Positions 26,586 to 35,056 of a stretch of 64,000 nucleotides of DNA are shown piece after piece (position 1 is the first letter of the stretch; the number at the start of each line of letters is the position of its first letter). The notes under the pieces were generated by a model. The model made no database searches. It was given only the letters and a program-made list of their open reading frames with translations, and had not been told where the DNA came from. This stretch comes from a virus. The DNA lies in IMG/VR virus record IMGVR_UViG_3300035158_000384, positions 1-64,000 of that record; one strand, 5' to 3'. A program made the translations under genes and the position numbers.

Positions 26586-26867
26586 TTAGCACAAAGCCAA
26601 GCCCATGATGACTTCATCGTCCCCGCAAAGGCGCACCAAAACAGCGGCAAAAGCATTTAGGGGATAATACCCGTCCCACCCCTTTTTGTGCAACTCCCCG
26701 CCGTCCTCGAAGCGTAAAAACTCGTTTATGTTGTACCATCCCCCTCGGAATTTTATGAAACCGTCCATCACAGCGTCGTCAAGGTCGTCGAAGTCCTCCT
26801 CAAGTACGGTTTCAGGAACCTCGTAGCGATAGCAAAGTGGACGTTCGGGTTCTGTCAAAATCTCCAT
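26586..26867 (-). CDS. hypothetical phage protein
   Basis: GGGGAG RBS; FxxRGxWY and WDGY pattern. Confidence 0.65.
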   Translation of the reverse strand: MEILTEPERPLCYRYEVPETVLEEDFDDLDDAVMDGFIKFRGGWYNINEFLRFEDGGELHKKGWDGYYPLNAFAAVLVRLCGDDEVIMGLALC

Positions 26868-26877
26868 TGTCTCCCCC

Positions 26878-27111
26878 TTACCATACGCCTTCCCACAGTT
26901 TCAATTCGCGCTTACCCTCTTCGGTGTCAAGCGCGGCCTCAACTTCCTCCGGCGCGAGAATCCTGCCGGTGTTGAGGTCCATGACGTGAACCGTCCCCGG
27001 CTCAGAAAAGGCGACTCTTGCGGCGGCCTCCGCCTTGCTAAGGTTTTTTGTCAACGGCTGGTACCGTGTCGGCCCCCAAGCCGCCGTTGCGTAATGTTTT
27101 TTCGCTTCCAT
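26878..27111 (-). CDS. hypothetical protein
   Basis: GGGGAG RBS before MEAKKH. Confidence 0.6.
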   Translation of the reverse strand: MEAKKHYATAAWGPTRYQPLTKNLSKAEAAARVAFSEPGTVHVMDLNTGRILAPEEVEAALDTEEGKRELKLWEGVW

Positions 27112-27112
27112 G

Positions 27113-27421
27113 TCACTCCCCCTCGTCCTCAGTAGTCCAAGGGCCAAGAGCCTGCATCTCCTCGATGTGCTCTTTGGTAATGACCCCAAAACTGTTGTTG
27201 AAGCCGTTGACGGCAAACACATAGTACCTGTCATCGACGGCCTCTAGCTCCGCGCCTGCGTCGCGGAGCAGTATGTCCAATTGATTATGTGGGCGGTGAG
27301 TCGCGTAGGATCGCCATTGACGGGCCGCGATCACCTTTGAGGTCTTGGTGTCGAGCAGGTATATTGTCGGTCCACCCGCAGGATTCACACGGCCCGTGTT
27401 CACTCTGTCGGACATCTTCAC
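27113..27421 (-). CDS. hypothetical protein
   Basis: 102-aa ORF abutting neighbours. Confidence 0.6.
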   Translation of the reverse strand: MKMSDRVNTGRVNPAGGPTIYLLDTKTSKVIAARQWRSYATHRPHNQLDILLRDAGAELEAVDDRYYVFAVNGFNNSFGVITKEHIEEMQALGPWTTEDEGE

Positions 27422-27772
27422 TCACTCCCAATCGGTGAAATGTGCATCAAAATCGGCCATATCTGCCGTGACGATGACCACCACAGCCTGTTCGAGCCGG
27501 TAGCGATGTCCGATGTTGCCGTGGGCGCGGACGGTGAGTTCCGCCGCCCGCTCCGCCAGCGCCGCCGGGGTGGTCTCTGTAGCACGCATCCAGAGGTCGA
27601 CGAGATTGCGGCGGACGAACCCCCCGTGTGTGCGGTACACGACGAAGGTCGGGAGTTTGCCTCGACCCTCGCAAGCGAGCTTTTCCCTCGCCTGCGGGGT
27701 CACGATGATAGAGCAGTCATAGGCCAAACGCGGGTGCCGCTCTGCCTGACTTTTGGCTGTCATTCTGTTCAT
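27422..27772 (-). CDS. hypothetical protein
   Basis: ATGA overlap with upstream gene, GGGAG RBS. Confidence 0.6.
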   Translation of the reverse strand: MNRMTAKSQAERHPRLAYDCSIIVTPQAREKLACEGRGKLPTFVVYRTHGGFVRRNLVDLWMRATETTPAALAERAAELTVRAHGNIGHRYRLEQAVVVIVTADMADFDAHFTDWE

Positions 27773-28305
27773 TTCATGCTCCCTTCTGTCGTGGTTTTCC
27801 GGGCCGCCTGCCACACCAAGGCCATCTCCGCCTGTATTTCGTCCTCGCGGCGGTAGGCGGCGTGGCGAGCCTCCCGAAATTTTTTCGATGTTACGTCGGT
27901 GGCGACCCAGCACCCGTAGGCATAGGCCGCTGTTTCACGAGCGACGCGGGCGATGTCGTCCAACGTCCAGTCGTCATTGCCGCCGAACTCCTCCTCCCAC
28001 AGGTCGAGGATTTCGGCGCTCCACAATTTGGAGGTATCCTCGCCTGCGGCGTGGGCGTAGAGGGCTTCGACGATGCGCCCGAGACCTTCCCGCTCGGCAT
28101 CAGGCACGCATTTGCGCACCCGCTCGAGAAAGAGCGCCCCGAGCCGGAAGCGCTCGCGGCCCCCCTCTTTGTCGAGCTTCTCGATTTCCGCCACCAAACT
28201 GGTCTCGTGCCTCCAGATGACGGGATTTTCGCGCTTGCACCTGCGGCACATGGTGTCGTCGCTCTTGGTCGGTGCGCCGCACAACGAACAGGGTCCGCCT
28301 CTCAT
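27769..28305 (-). CDS. hypothetical protein, N-terminal Zn finger
   Basis: CSLCG...CRRC; first gene after promoter cassette. Confidence 0.65.
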   Translation of the reverse strand: MRGGPCSLCGAPTKSDDTMCRRCKRENPVIWRHETSLVAEIEKLDKEGGRERFRLGALFLERVRKCVPDAEREGLGRIVEALYAHAAGEDTSKLWSAEILDLWEEEFGGNDDWTLDDIARVARETAAYAYGCWVATDVTSKKFREARHAAYRREDEIQAEMALVWQAARKTTTEGSMK

Positions 28306-28425
28306 GGTCCTCGCTCCCTTCTCCGATTTTGGCCCCTGTTTCCGGTTGGAGCCGTTCACCGTATCACTCTGCCTGAAGTATACCACACGCTTGACACAAT
28401 GTCAAGCCCTTTTTCAAAAAAATTT
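28303..28425 (-). repeat. promoter-leader cassette copy A
   Basis: UP tract, TTGACA-17-TATACT, palindromic box, ~70-nt leader and GGAGAAGGGAG RBS; repeated at 28725, 31713 and 41509. Confidence 0.92.
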
Positions 28426-28456
28426 ATCGGTCATGCGTGTAGTGACCCTCATAAAT

Positions 28457-28496
28457 AAAAAAGCCTTGCCCACCCTAAAGTCAGAGCGGACAAGGC
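28457..28496 (-). terminator. intrinsic terminator
   Basis: GCCTTGTCCGCTCT/AGGGTGGGCAAGGC hairpin plus T6. Confidence 0.8.
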
Positions 28497-28511
28497 ATGA
28501 GAAGGGCTCGG

Positions 28512-28727
28512 TTACGTGACCTCCGGCGCATCCAGCCACGCATCGATCATGGCCTGTGCTTCTGCGAGCGTCTCCGCCTGCGGGCACTCTTCATCGGGCA
28601 ACTCGCGCCCCTGTTTGCACACAGGGATCACGATGGGCAGTTCCCCGATGGGGGGGTCGTTCTCCCAGCCCTGCTGGAAGGCCGCGTTGAACTTGATTCT
28701 GTACCCTCTGTGGTAAAAGTAACTCAT
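28512..28727 (-). CDS. hypothetical protein (single-gene cassette)
   Basis: lies between cassette B and a terminator. Confidence 0.65.
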   Translation of the reverse strand: MSYFYHRGYRIKFNAAFQQGWENDPPIGELPIVIPVCKQGRELPDEECPQAETLAEAQAMIDAWLDAPEVT

Positions 28728-28882
28728 GGTCCTCGCTCCCTTCTCCGTTTTTGGCTCCTGTTTCCGGTCGAAGCCTTCCACCGTATCACTCTGCCTGAAG
28801 TATACCACATCTTGACACAATGTCAAGCCCTTTTTCAAAAAAATTTCCGGGAAGCCGGGGAAACGGCATTGGAAAAGGGTTT
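28725..28882 (-). repeat. promoter-leader cassette copy B
   Basis: near-identical to copies A, C and D; TTGACA-16-TATACT. Confidence 0.92.
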
Positions 28883-29103
28883 CACGCCGCGGCAGATTTC
28901 AGCCGCTCAACCAACGTGGCCCCCTCGGATGTGGTACCGTATTCAGTATCGCCACCCCGCCCAACGAACCAATCGATCAGCCCTCTCGTTTCGAGGGCCA
29001 TTAAATCCATCTGTATCGTTCCGACATGGTTTTCGCGGCGATAGGTTCCGCGGTGGATGTCGAGCAAGATCATAATTTGATTGAGGGTAAGAGCCTTAGT
29101 CAT
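28882..29103 (-). CDS. small winged-helix-like protein
   Basis: LMALETRGLI...YGTTSEG pattern. Confidence 0.55.
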   Translation of the reverse strand: MTKALTLNQIMILLDIHRGTYRRENHVGTIQMDLMALETRGLIDWFVGRGGDTEYGTTSEGATLVERLKSAAA

Positions 29104-29121
29104 TTTAGCCCTCCGAGGGTG

Positions 29122-29328
29122 TCAAGCGCGACCTTTTCTTTGAAGCATCCTGTTCAACTGGGCAAACGCTCTGTGCATGGCCACCTCTTTTCGAGAGTGC
29201 CATGCTGTAGCCCGAAGTTTCGCGGTGACGTGGTGCAAGTCCACCTGAAACTCACCTGTAGTGTTGTTATACTTGACCTTGATCCTCACCCTTGGGTCTT
29301 GCTTGTGTACTCTAAATGGCATCATCAC
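29122..29328 (-). CDS. hypothetical protein
   Basis: 68-aa ORF, GAGG RBS. Confidence 0.5.
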   Translation of the reverse strand: MMMPFRVHKQDPRVRIKVKYNNTTGEFQVDLHHVTAKLRATAWHSRKEVAMHRAFAQLNRMLQRKGRA

Positions 29329-29548
29329 CTCGATCCTCTCCCTCTTGCCGAGTCCGACGTTTTCTCGTGACTAGACCAAAAAACCAGCCTCCGATAGTAA
29401 CGCCATAGAGTCGCCAAGCCCACGATTGACGGCTGTTACGCACCGCCAGCGACAACAATGTCTCGGGTTCTCCGAGACCCAAAGCTTCCGCCCCAAAGAG
29501 GTATAAAGCGTCCTGCCCCCGTAGTTCCTTGCCGAAGTATATCTTCAT
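29312..29548 (-). CDS. hypothetical protein
   Basis: GGGAGGGG RBS. Confidence 0.5.
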   Translation of the reverse strand: MKIYFGKELRGQDALYLFGAEALGLGEPETLLSLAVRNSRQSWAWRLYGVTIGGWFFGLVTRKRRTRQEGEDRGDDAI

Positions 29549-29574
29549 TTATACCCCTCCCGCTTGACACAACG

Positions 29575-30477
29575 TCAAAGTCTGTCGAGGGCTTTCCGGG
29601 TGATCTCGTGTATTTCGCGAAGAGCCTGCTTATCGGCGTCGGAACGTACAATTTCGGCATTGGACAGCTTACCGAAATTGTGCTCCAAACAATTCAGTAG
29701 CAACTCTGTGAGAGCATCCCAATCAGGGCTGTATCGCAGGTCGCTTGTGTCATACAGAGGCTCAAGCGCTTTCATCTTGTCGTCAAAATGATTCTCCAAC
29801 CGTTCAACCGTCCACTCACCCCGGCGAACAGCCTTCATCTCTTCTGCGTTCCGCCCGAGTACAAGATCGCCGGTGGCGAGTATTTGCTCGACCTCGTCAA
29901 GTAGTCTCACAAGGTGATAGCCAAATTTCACGTCAAACCCATGCTTCTCCACCAAAGCTTGCCGCTTACTGTCCTTTTTGGGGTTCTTGGTCTTGATTTT
30001 GTGCAACTGCGAGTAAGCGTAGCCTTTGAACTTGTGCCACGCTCTCTTGGAGAGGAAAAGCTTGCGGTTCTCGCGGACCATGTCCCCGACTGCCGTACTG
30101 TGGAGAACGCAACGCTGTGGAACAAACAGGCTGTCCACCATATTTGGGTTGTTGTCTCCACACAAGGCGAAGTACTTCGCAATGGAGTAGATACAAAAAT
30201 CATACTCCTGACCGGTATCGGGGACGACGACCCCATGTTGCGAATACTGATCGAACGCCTCTTTTGGCTTGTTGTACCCGTAAATGAACCCGTCGGTGTG
30301 CGGGAACACGATCCGCTTTGGGGGGATACAAAATCCGTAGAGGTCCATGTCGCTCGTGTCGTTGGACACATTGTATGCAACCGAACCCATTATGACTTCC
30401 CATTGCGTAGTGTTGGGAAACCACGGCGGCCCGTGTATCAAACCCTGCTTGATCAGTTTATCCACATGGCTGGCCAC
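29575..30477 (-). CDS. Pol-beta-superfamily nucleotidyltransferase (RlaP/YcgL-like)
   Basis: GSVAYN..NDTSDMDLYG, NNPN, FKGYAYSQL, YHLVRL. Confidence 0.85.
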   Translation of the reverse strand: MASHVDKLIKQGLIHGPPWFPNTTQWEVIMGSVAYNVSNDTSDMDLYGFCIPPKRIVFPHTDGFIYGYNKPKEAFDQYSQHGVVVPDTGQEYDFCIYSIAKYFALCGDNNPNMVDSLFVPQRCVLHSTAVGDMVRENRKLFLSKRAWHKFKGYAYSQLHKIKTKNPKKDSKRQALVEKHGFDVKFGYHLVRLLDEVEQILATGDLVLGRNAEEMKAVRRGEWTVERLENHFDDKMKALEPLYDTSDLRYSPDWDALTELLLNCLEHNFGKLSNAEIVRSDADKQALREIHEITRKALDRL

Positions 30478-30726
30478 TCAATCCTCCGGCGTCTCTTTTG
30501 TTATGTAACTTTCCAGCCTTTCCAGTCTTTTCAGTATTTCTCCTACCCAATCTTTCGGCGGTTCGTCCCCCTTTCGCCGCTTTATCACCTTGACGGTGAA
30601 GGGCGTCGTCTCCGTGCTGATTTCCAGCGCAAAATCCGCCTTGAAAAGTGGTTCGACGGACTCCCCTAAATCCACGGTCCAGCCCTCACGAGGGTTGTAG
30701 TACACGTACAGTTTGTTTTTGAGCAT
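30478..30726 (-). CDS. hypothetical protein
   Basis: 82-aa ORF abutting neighbours. Confidence 0.55.
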   Translation of the reverse strand: MLKNKLYVYYNPREGWTVDLGESVEPLFKADFALEISTETTPFTVKVIKRRKGDEPPKDWVGEILKRLERLESYITKETPED

Positions 30727-30735
30727 TGCGAGCCC

Positions 30736-31257
30736 CTATGCGTTTACGCGATACCACGCCGCACGTAATGCGGATGCCCACCGTGCGGCTTTGTCCACCT
30801 CACCCGCCAAAATGACCCTGTGGAGTTTGCGGGTATCGTTCATGTAATTGATGATGCCCATAACAACAGATCGATCCAGCGATTCGGTCGTGAGCATCGT
30901 GAGCCCGTTGCCGTTGGAGTCAAATATCGCCCGGAAAACCGGCTCCAAACGTATTGTCCCCGTACCTTCCCACTCCCAACCCGTAACCGCTCCGCTTGTG
31001 CCGTACACAGGGGCGAAGGCCAGCGTATCGAGACGAAACAGACCCGCCTCGTACACCTCTACACATTTGGGTTTGGTGAACGCATAAACGTGGTCGTACA
31101 GACACGTAACCCACAGAGAATTACCGTGTCCGCCCTCGTAATCCGGTTCACGGATTTCGAGGTCCGTGGTGAACACCCCCATTGTCGGGGGAAGCCATAA
31201 CGCGGGAAAGCCTGTTTCCCGCGTTAGGACCGCCTTCCGTTTTTTATCATGATTCAT
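30736..31257 (-). CDS. hypothetical protein
   Basis: ATGA overlap with upstream gene (MNHDKK). Confidence 0.6.
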   Translation of the reverse strand: MNHDKKRKAVLTRETGFPALWLPPTMGVFTTDLEIREPDYEGGHGNSLWVTCLYDHVYAFTKPKCVEVYEAGLFRLDTLAFAPVYGTSGAVTGWEWEGTGTIRLEPVFRAIFDSNGNGLTMLTTESLDRSVVMGIINYMNDTRKLHRVILAGEVDKAARWASALRAAWYRVNA

Positions 31258-31715
31258 GACGCCATCAGATTCTCCTCGATCACCCTGCGCAGAAGTGTGC
31301 GCGGGGTGAGCGTTCGCATGTCGATCCACCACCCGGCATCGTCGCGAGCCATGACCGCGTCCACGCCGGAAATGAGGGCGGCCTTTTTGCGCTCGTCCTT
31401 CTCGCTCTTGGGGGTCGCCTCGTCGAGGCGTTGCAGGAGCGCGGAGTACTCGGCCCATCTTTCGGCGCGGATTTGGAGTGCCCACCGCACCTGCTTTTCC
31501 GAGCCTTGAAGCTCGGGGAAGCCTTCCTTATCGGCCTCTGTAGCGGCCTGCTCTGCCGCCGCATTTCGCTCGGCCTCGACCTTGGCCTGCCAGCACTCCC
31601 GGCAAAGGCGTTCGGACTCGACATTTTCCAGCCGCCATTCCCGTTGCCTGTGAGGGCCGTAAAGCTGGATTTCTTCCTCGTGCCCACAGGCTCTTTCCAC
31701 CGTGTACCACGCCAT
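31254..31715 (-). CDS. conserved phage Zn-binding early protein
   Basis: CGH...LYG...CxxC...PELQGSEKQVRWA..IR...WWID pattern common in phages. Confidence 0.75.
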   Translation of the reverse strand: MAWYTVERACGHEEEIQLYGPHRQREWRLENVESERLCRECWQAKVEAERNAAAEQAATEADKEGFPELQGSEKQVRWALQIRAERWAEYSALLQRLDEATPKSEKDERKKAALISGVDAVMARDDAGWWIDMRTLTPRTLLRRVIEENLMAS

Positions 31716-31869
31716 TTGTTGCTCCCTTCTCCGTTATTGGCTCCTGTTTCCGGTTGGAGCCGTTCACCGTATCACTCTGCCCGTATTATACCACATCTTG
31801 ACACAATGTCAAGCCCTTTTTCAAAAAAATTTCCGGGAAGTCGGGGAAACGGCATCGGAAAAGGGTTTT
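31713..31869 (-). repeat. promoter-leader cassette copy C
   Basis: TTGACA-16-TATAAT, same leader. Confidence 0.92.
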
Positions 31870-32425
31870 ACTCGGCCAACAGAGTGCCGGGGTGTATCCA
31901 CCTGTGCAATTCCCCTGCGCGAAGATCATCCAACCACGCCGCCCTGATTGTGGCGGCAGACTGCGTGTTCCACGGTTGCGGGAATATGCACGCCTGTCCA
32001 CCCTTTGCCACAAAAGCTGATACATTGTGCAGAGCGTCATCTATCAGGATGTGATTTGGTGAAGCGAGCAAGTCCTTACGGTTTGTCAACACGTAGTCCC
32101 GAAAAGCGGAACCGAAGCGGTCAAGGAGAAAGCCATGCTTACCAGCAGTACATGCAGGATCGTCAATCGGGGCGGTGCAAAACACTACCTCGTCAAATTG
32201 ATCCTGCAACAACCCGTACATCTCGTCAAACCACGGGTACGTCACAAGGTTACGCCAAAAAGCCTCACCCTCGGCCCTTATTCGACCCCAAAACTCCTCT
32301 GCGGTTACACCGAGACATTCGTGTATTTCCCACCGAGTGACTACCTCCCCGGATGCCCCAAATAAGCGACAAGTGGCCTCCATCATATCAACGCAGACGC
32401 CGTCAAGGTCCAATAAGATTTTCAC
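31868..32425 (-). CDS. HAD 5'(3')-deoxyribonucleotidase (NT5C-like)
   Basis: DLDGV, CTAP, K, LIDD, QPWN. Confidence 0.88.
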   Translation of the reverse strand: MKILLDLDGVCVDMMEATCRLFGASGEVVTRWEIHECLGVTAEEFWGRIRAEGEAFWRNLVTYPWFDEMYGLLQDQFDEVVFCTAPIDDPACTAGKHGFLLDRFGSAFRDYVLTNRKDLLASPNHILIDDALHNVSAFVAKGGQACIFPQPWNTQSAATIRAAWLDDLRAGELHRWIHPGTLLAE

Positions 32426-32431
32426 ACCCCG

Positions 32432-32716
32432 TCACTCCTTCGTTTCGTTGTCGTCAACCAGACAATAAATAGGGGCGGCGTAGGGGATACCGAGGACGTT
32501 TTTGCGTTCCCCAAATTTTGCGATCAGGGTACCGTTTTCCACCGCCTCCCGCAAGAGCCTCCCCAAACGACCATTCCCAATGGAAATACCAGCGTTTCTG
32601 GCCTTTTGTAAAAGCTCGCGCTTAGTGAAGCCCTCGGATTTACCTTCGTCCTTCGCAATGGCCACCGCGTCGATAAGCCATCGCTCCAAAAGTAATTGCG
32701 ATTCGTCTTTCTTCAT
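32432..32716 (-). CDS. small winged-helix-like protein
   Basis: 94-aa ORF, FTKRELL...LREAVENG. Confidence 0.55.
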   Translation of the reverse strand: MKKDESQLLLERWLIDAVAIAKDEGKSEGFTKRELLQKARNAGISIGNGRLGRLLREAVENGTLIAKFGERKNVLGIPYAAPIYCLVDDNETKE

Positions 32717-32729
32717 ATTAACCCCCTCG

Positions 32730-33629
32730 TTACGCTAAAGATTTGGTCATATCGTGTATAACCAGCCTACCAAACCGATCCTCGGTTATACACAAGATGC
32801 CAAAGATAGGTAAAAGCTGTTTGGGAACGTGTTTGTCATGCAACCAATCGTTGGGCAACTTCCAACAGGGGCAACTCACAGCATAGAACGTATGGTTGTT
32901 GCCCACCTTTGTCCACAGCCCTGCGTAGTCGTGGCGATGTGCCCTAACGATTACATGCGGCGCTTCCACACCCCAACGTCCAGCCACTTCCCACGCTACC
33001 TTGGCCTCTTTCTCCAAGGCTCTCAAACCATACTCCCCTGTCCCCATAGAGTGATAAAACTGTATGCGATGCTTGCGCCAATGGATTGTGAGACATTTAT
33101 GTGTGCGCGTTCCTGAGTGTTTCGCTCTCGGAATCTTGAACCGTGCGGCCAGCGTTTCGGAGTATTGCCCTGCACGCCCATCATGTGCAGGCGTACCTCT
33201 GATAATATGAAACGCACGGGCGGCATCTACTATGGGGAAGAAAAGGTCGAAAGCAGAATTGATCTGGTCCATTATCTCGGTGGAAATCAAAAACTCCGGG
33301 TGCTTCTTCCCATCGACGAAGTCACCAACGTGAACCACGTCAAAACAAGCGTTTTGAAGCTTTTTAACCCGTAACACATGAGGCAACCACTCCCACCAAC
33401 AAAAATCCCAAAACTTGTGTAGTTCCAAACCTGTCTTGTGTGGGATATAGGTTGAACCTGATTCCAACTCGGTCTCTGCGGGGTTGATCCCGTGCTTTGC
33501 GCCACAATGAGTATCCGCAACGATAGGTATACCTTTGACTTTGTCGGGGATAGTGATCGTGTGCCTTGACGGTATCGTCAAGTGAGGAAAGTCGTAGTCT
33601 GCGGCTTTTCGCATGAGCACACCTGTCAA
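32730..33629 (-). CDS. calcineurin-like metallophosphoesterase
   Basis: ADTH, GDFVDG, RGTPAHD, H, AHRH. Confidence 0.82.
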   Translation of the reverse strand: MTGVLMRKAADYDFPHLTIPSRHTITIPDKVKGIPIVADTHCGAKHGINPAETELESGSTYIPHKTGLELHKFWDFCWWEWLPHVLRVKKLQNACFDVVHVGDFVDGKKHPEFLISTEIMDQINSAFDLFFPIVDAARAFHIIRGTPAHDGRAGQYSETLAARFKIPRAKHSGTRTHKCLTIHWRKHRIQFYHSMGTGEYGLRALEKEAKVAWEVAGRWGVEAPHVIVRAHRHDYAGLWTKVGNNHTFYAVSCPCWKLPNDWLHDKHVPKQLLPIFGILCITEDRFGRLVIHDMTKSLA

Positions 33630-33749
33630 CCGGTTGTCAAACTAACGAACCCATTATACCACAGAATTGGGACTTCGCGTTAATTTCATATGAGTTTTAG
33701 CAGATCGACAGGTTTAGGTATTTTGACGTAACCCTTTGGTGTGCAAACA

Positions 33750-33781
33750 AAAAGAAAAGGCCACCCTCTTCAGGTGGCCTT
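33750..33781 (-). terminator. intrinsic terminator
   Basis: AAAGGCCACC-TGAAGAG-GGTGGCCTTT followed by a T-rich tail. Confidence 0.85.
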
Positions 33782-34031
33782 CCGGGAGTTTCCCGATTAC
33801 GGATGTCACAGAGTGTACCCCCCAACTCTGCGTACACCCGGAGAGTTTTCTCGTGCAAGCGTGGGCAGCTATACCCTCAACTTACCTCACACTTGGAAGG
33901 TTTTCACGGTCGAGGGTCGGTAGCTATACCTCCAACTTTCCGTCCCCTCGGGCAGTTTTATCGGGTTTGACTGCCAACCCTCGGCGCTTCTGGCGTCCCC
34001 GCGCGTCTCCACGCGGTTTTGTTGTGTTGAT
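33750..34031 (-). ncRNA. ~280-nt ncRNA with four tandem H-type pseudoknots
   Basis: bounded by perfect promoter and terminator; units 33784-33839, 33840-33894, 33895-33949 and 33950-33982 with covarying loop-tail pairing. Confidence 0.78.
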
Positions 34032-34037
34032 ACTTGT

Positions 34038-34066
34038 ATTATACCCCACCCGTGACGGAATGTCAA
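34038..34066 (-). promoter_or_regulatory. consensus sigma70 promoter
   Basis: TTGACA-17 nt-TATAAT plus UP tract. Confidence 0.9.
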
Positions 34067-34246
34067 GTGGTTTTTCAAATTTATTTTCCCGACCACCCAG
34101 TAGTGTGGGGGTTTATCCTTGCAGAGCCAACCAGTCAAAAATTGATTTGACCCGCTCAATCCCTGACGTCTTTCCCTTCCTTGTGTATTTTGTGCAATTT
34201 ACACAAACCTTTAAGTACGAACGACTTAAAAGTTTCTTTCGCTGTT

Positions 34247-34262
34247 TGGCACGCCGTTGGCA
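34247..34262 (+). promoter_or_regulatory. candidate sigma54 promoter
   Basis: TGGCACGCCGTTGGCA: GG-N10-GC spacing, one mismatch to TGGCACG-N4-TTGC. Confidence 0.5.
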
Positions 34263-34311
34263 ATAGGTTTTACCGTGCTTTTATCGGGTCAAACAACGAA
34301 GGGAGCTAAAA

Positions 34312-34755
34312 ATGGAACTCGTCAACCTGACACCTCATGCCGTAAACATTGTGGACGACAATGGAAACGCTCTAAAAACCATAGAGCCCTCGGGTAAGGT
34401 CGCCCGAGTGTCCATGTCTCGCGAGGTCGTGGACCACATCAATGGTATCCCCGTGAACCGCGCTGTCACCGGTGAGCCCACCGACCTCCCCGATCCTGTC
34501 AGAGGTACTACGCTCATCGTCTCCCGAATCGTGGCGGAAGCTTGTAAGGTCCGTCATGACCTCGTCGTCCCCGACGAAACCGTCCGCGACGACAAGGGCC
34601 GGATTGTCGGATGCAAGGCGCTCGCCACCGTCTCCGACAGCCGCAACGAGTACTACTACTGCCGGGCCTGCGGGCTTACCACCGAGCACAAGCCTGTCAC
34701 AGGTCGGTGCCTCGAGTGCGGGGAGGACGACAGCTACACAGGCCCGTGCGCGTAA
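34312..34755 (+). CDS. conserved phage protein (NLTPH motif) with C-terminal Zn ribbon
   Basis: GGGAG RBS; VNLTPH, IVSRIVA, RDDKGRIVGC. Confidence 0.75.
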   Translation: MELVNLTPHAVNIVDDNGNALKTIEPSGKVARVSMSREVVDHINGIPVNRAVTGEPTDLPDPVRGTTLIVSRIVAEACKVRHDLVVPDETVRDDKGRIVGCKALATVSDSRNEYYYCRACGLTTEHKPVTGRCLECGEDDSYTGPCA

Positions 34756-34789
34756 TTTTGTCAAGCGATACAACGTGAAGGGAACAAAC

Positions 34790-35011
34790 ATGGCCACTTA
34801 CGCAAACTGCCCGAAGTGTGACGGGAAGATCGAAATCAAGCTTAACTGTGAACTGGATGCAGTCTGCGAACATTGCGGAGCGTCGTATTGTCCGTGGTGT
34901 GGAGCGGACGACAAGCACATGACCGTACATTCAGAGGACGAAGAAGTAGACCAGTACTGTGGACCCGGATGCGCCATCTGCGGGTGGGAGCATTGCGGGA
35001 GGTGTGTATAA
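34790..35011 (+). CDS. Cys-rich Zn-ribbon protein
   Basis: multiple CxxC pairs; GAAGGG RBS. Confidence 0.65.
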   Translation: MATYANCPKCDGKIEIKLNCELDAVCEHCGASYCPWCGADDKHMTVHSEDEEVDQYCGPGCAICGWEHCGRCV

Positions 35012-35056
35012 GCAACGACTTTCTCACTCAGGCAATACAACCGAAAGGACGAGACA

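Noticed and set aside
33784-33982. Pseudoknot array as CRISPR array, tmRNA pk1-4, preQ1 riboswitch or CsrA sponge
   Set aside because: No identical repeats with unique spacers, no tRNA-like domain or tag ORF, units longer than preQ1-I and constitutively terminated, and GGA occurs in only one loop
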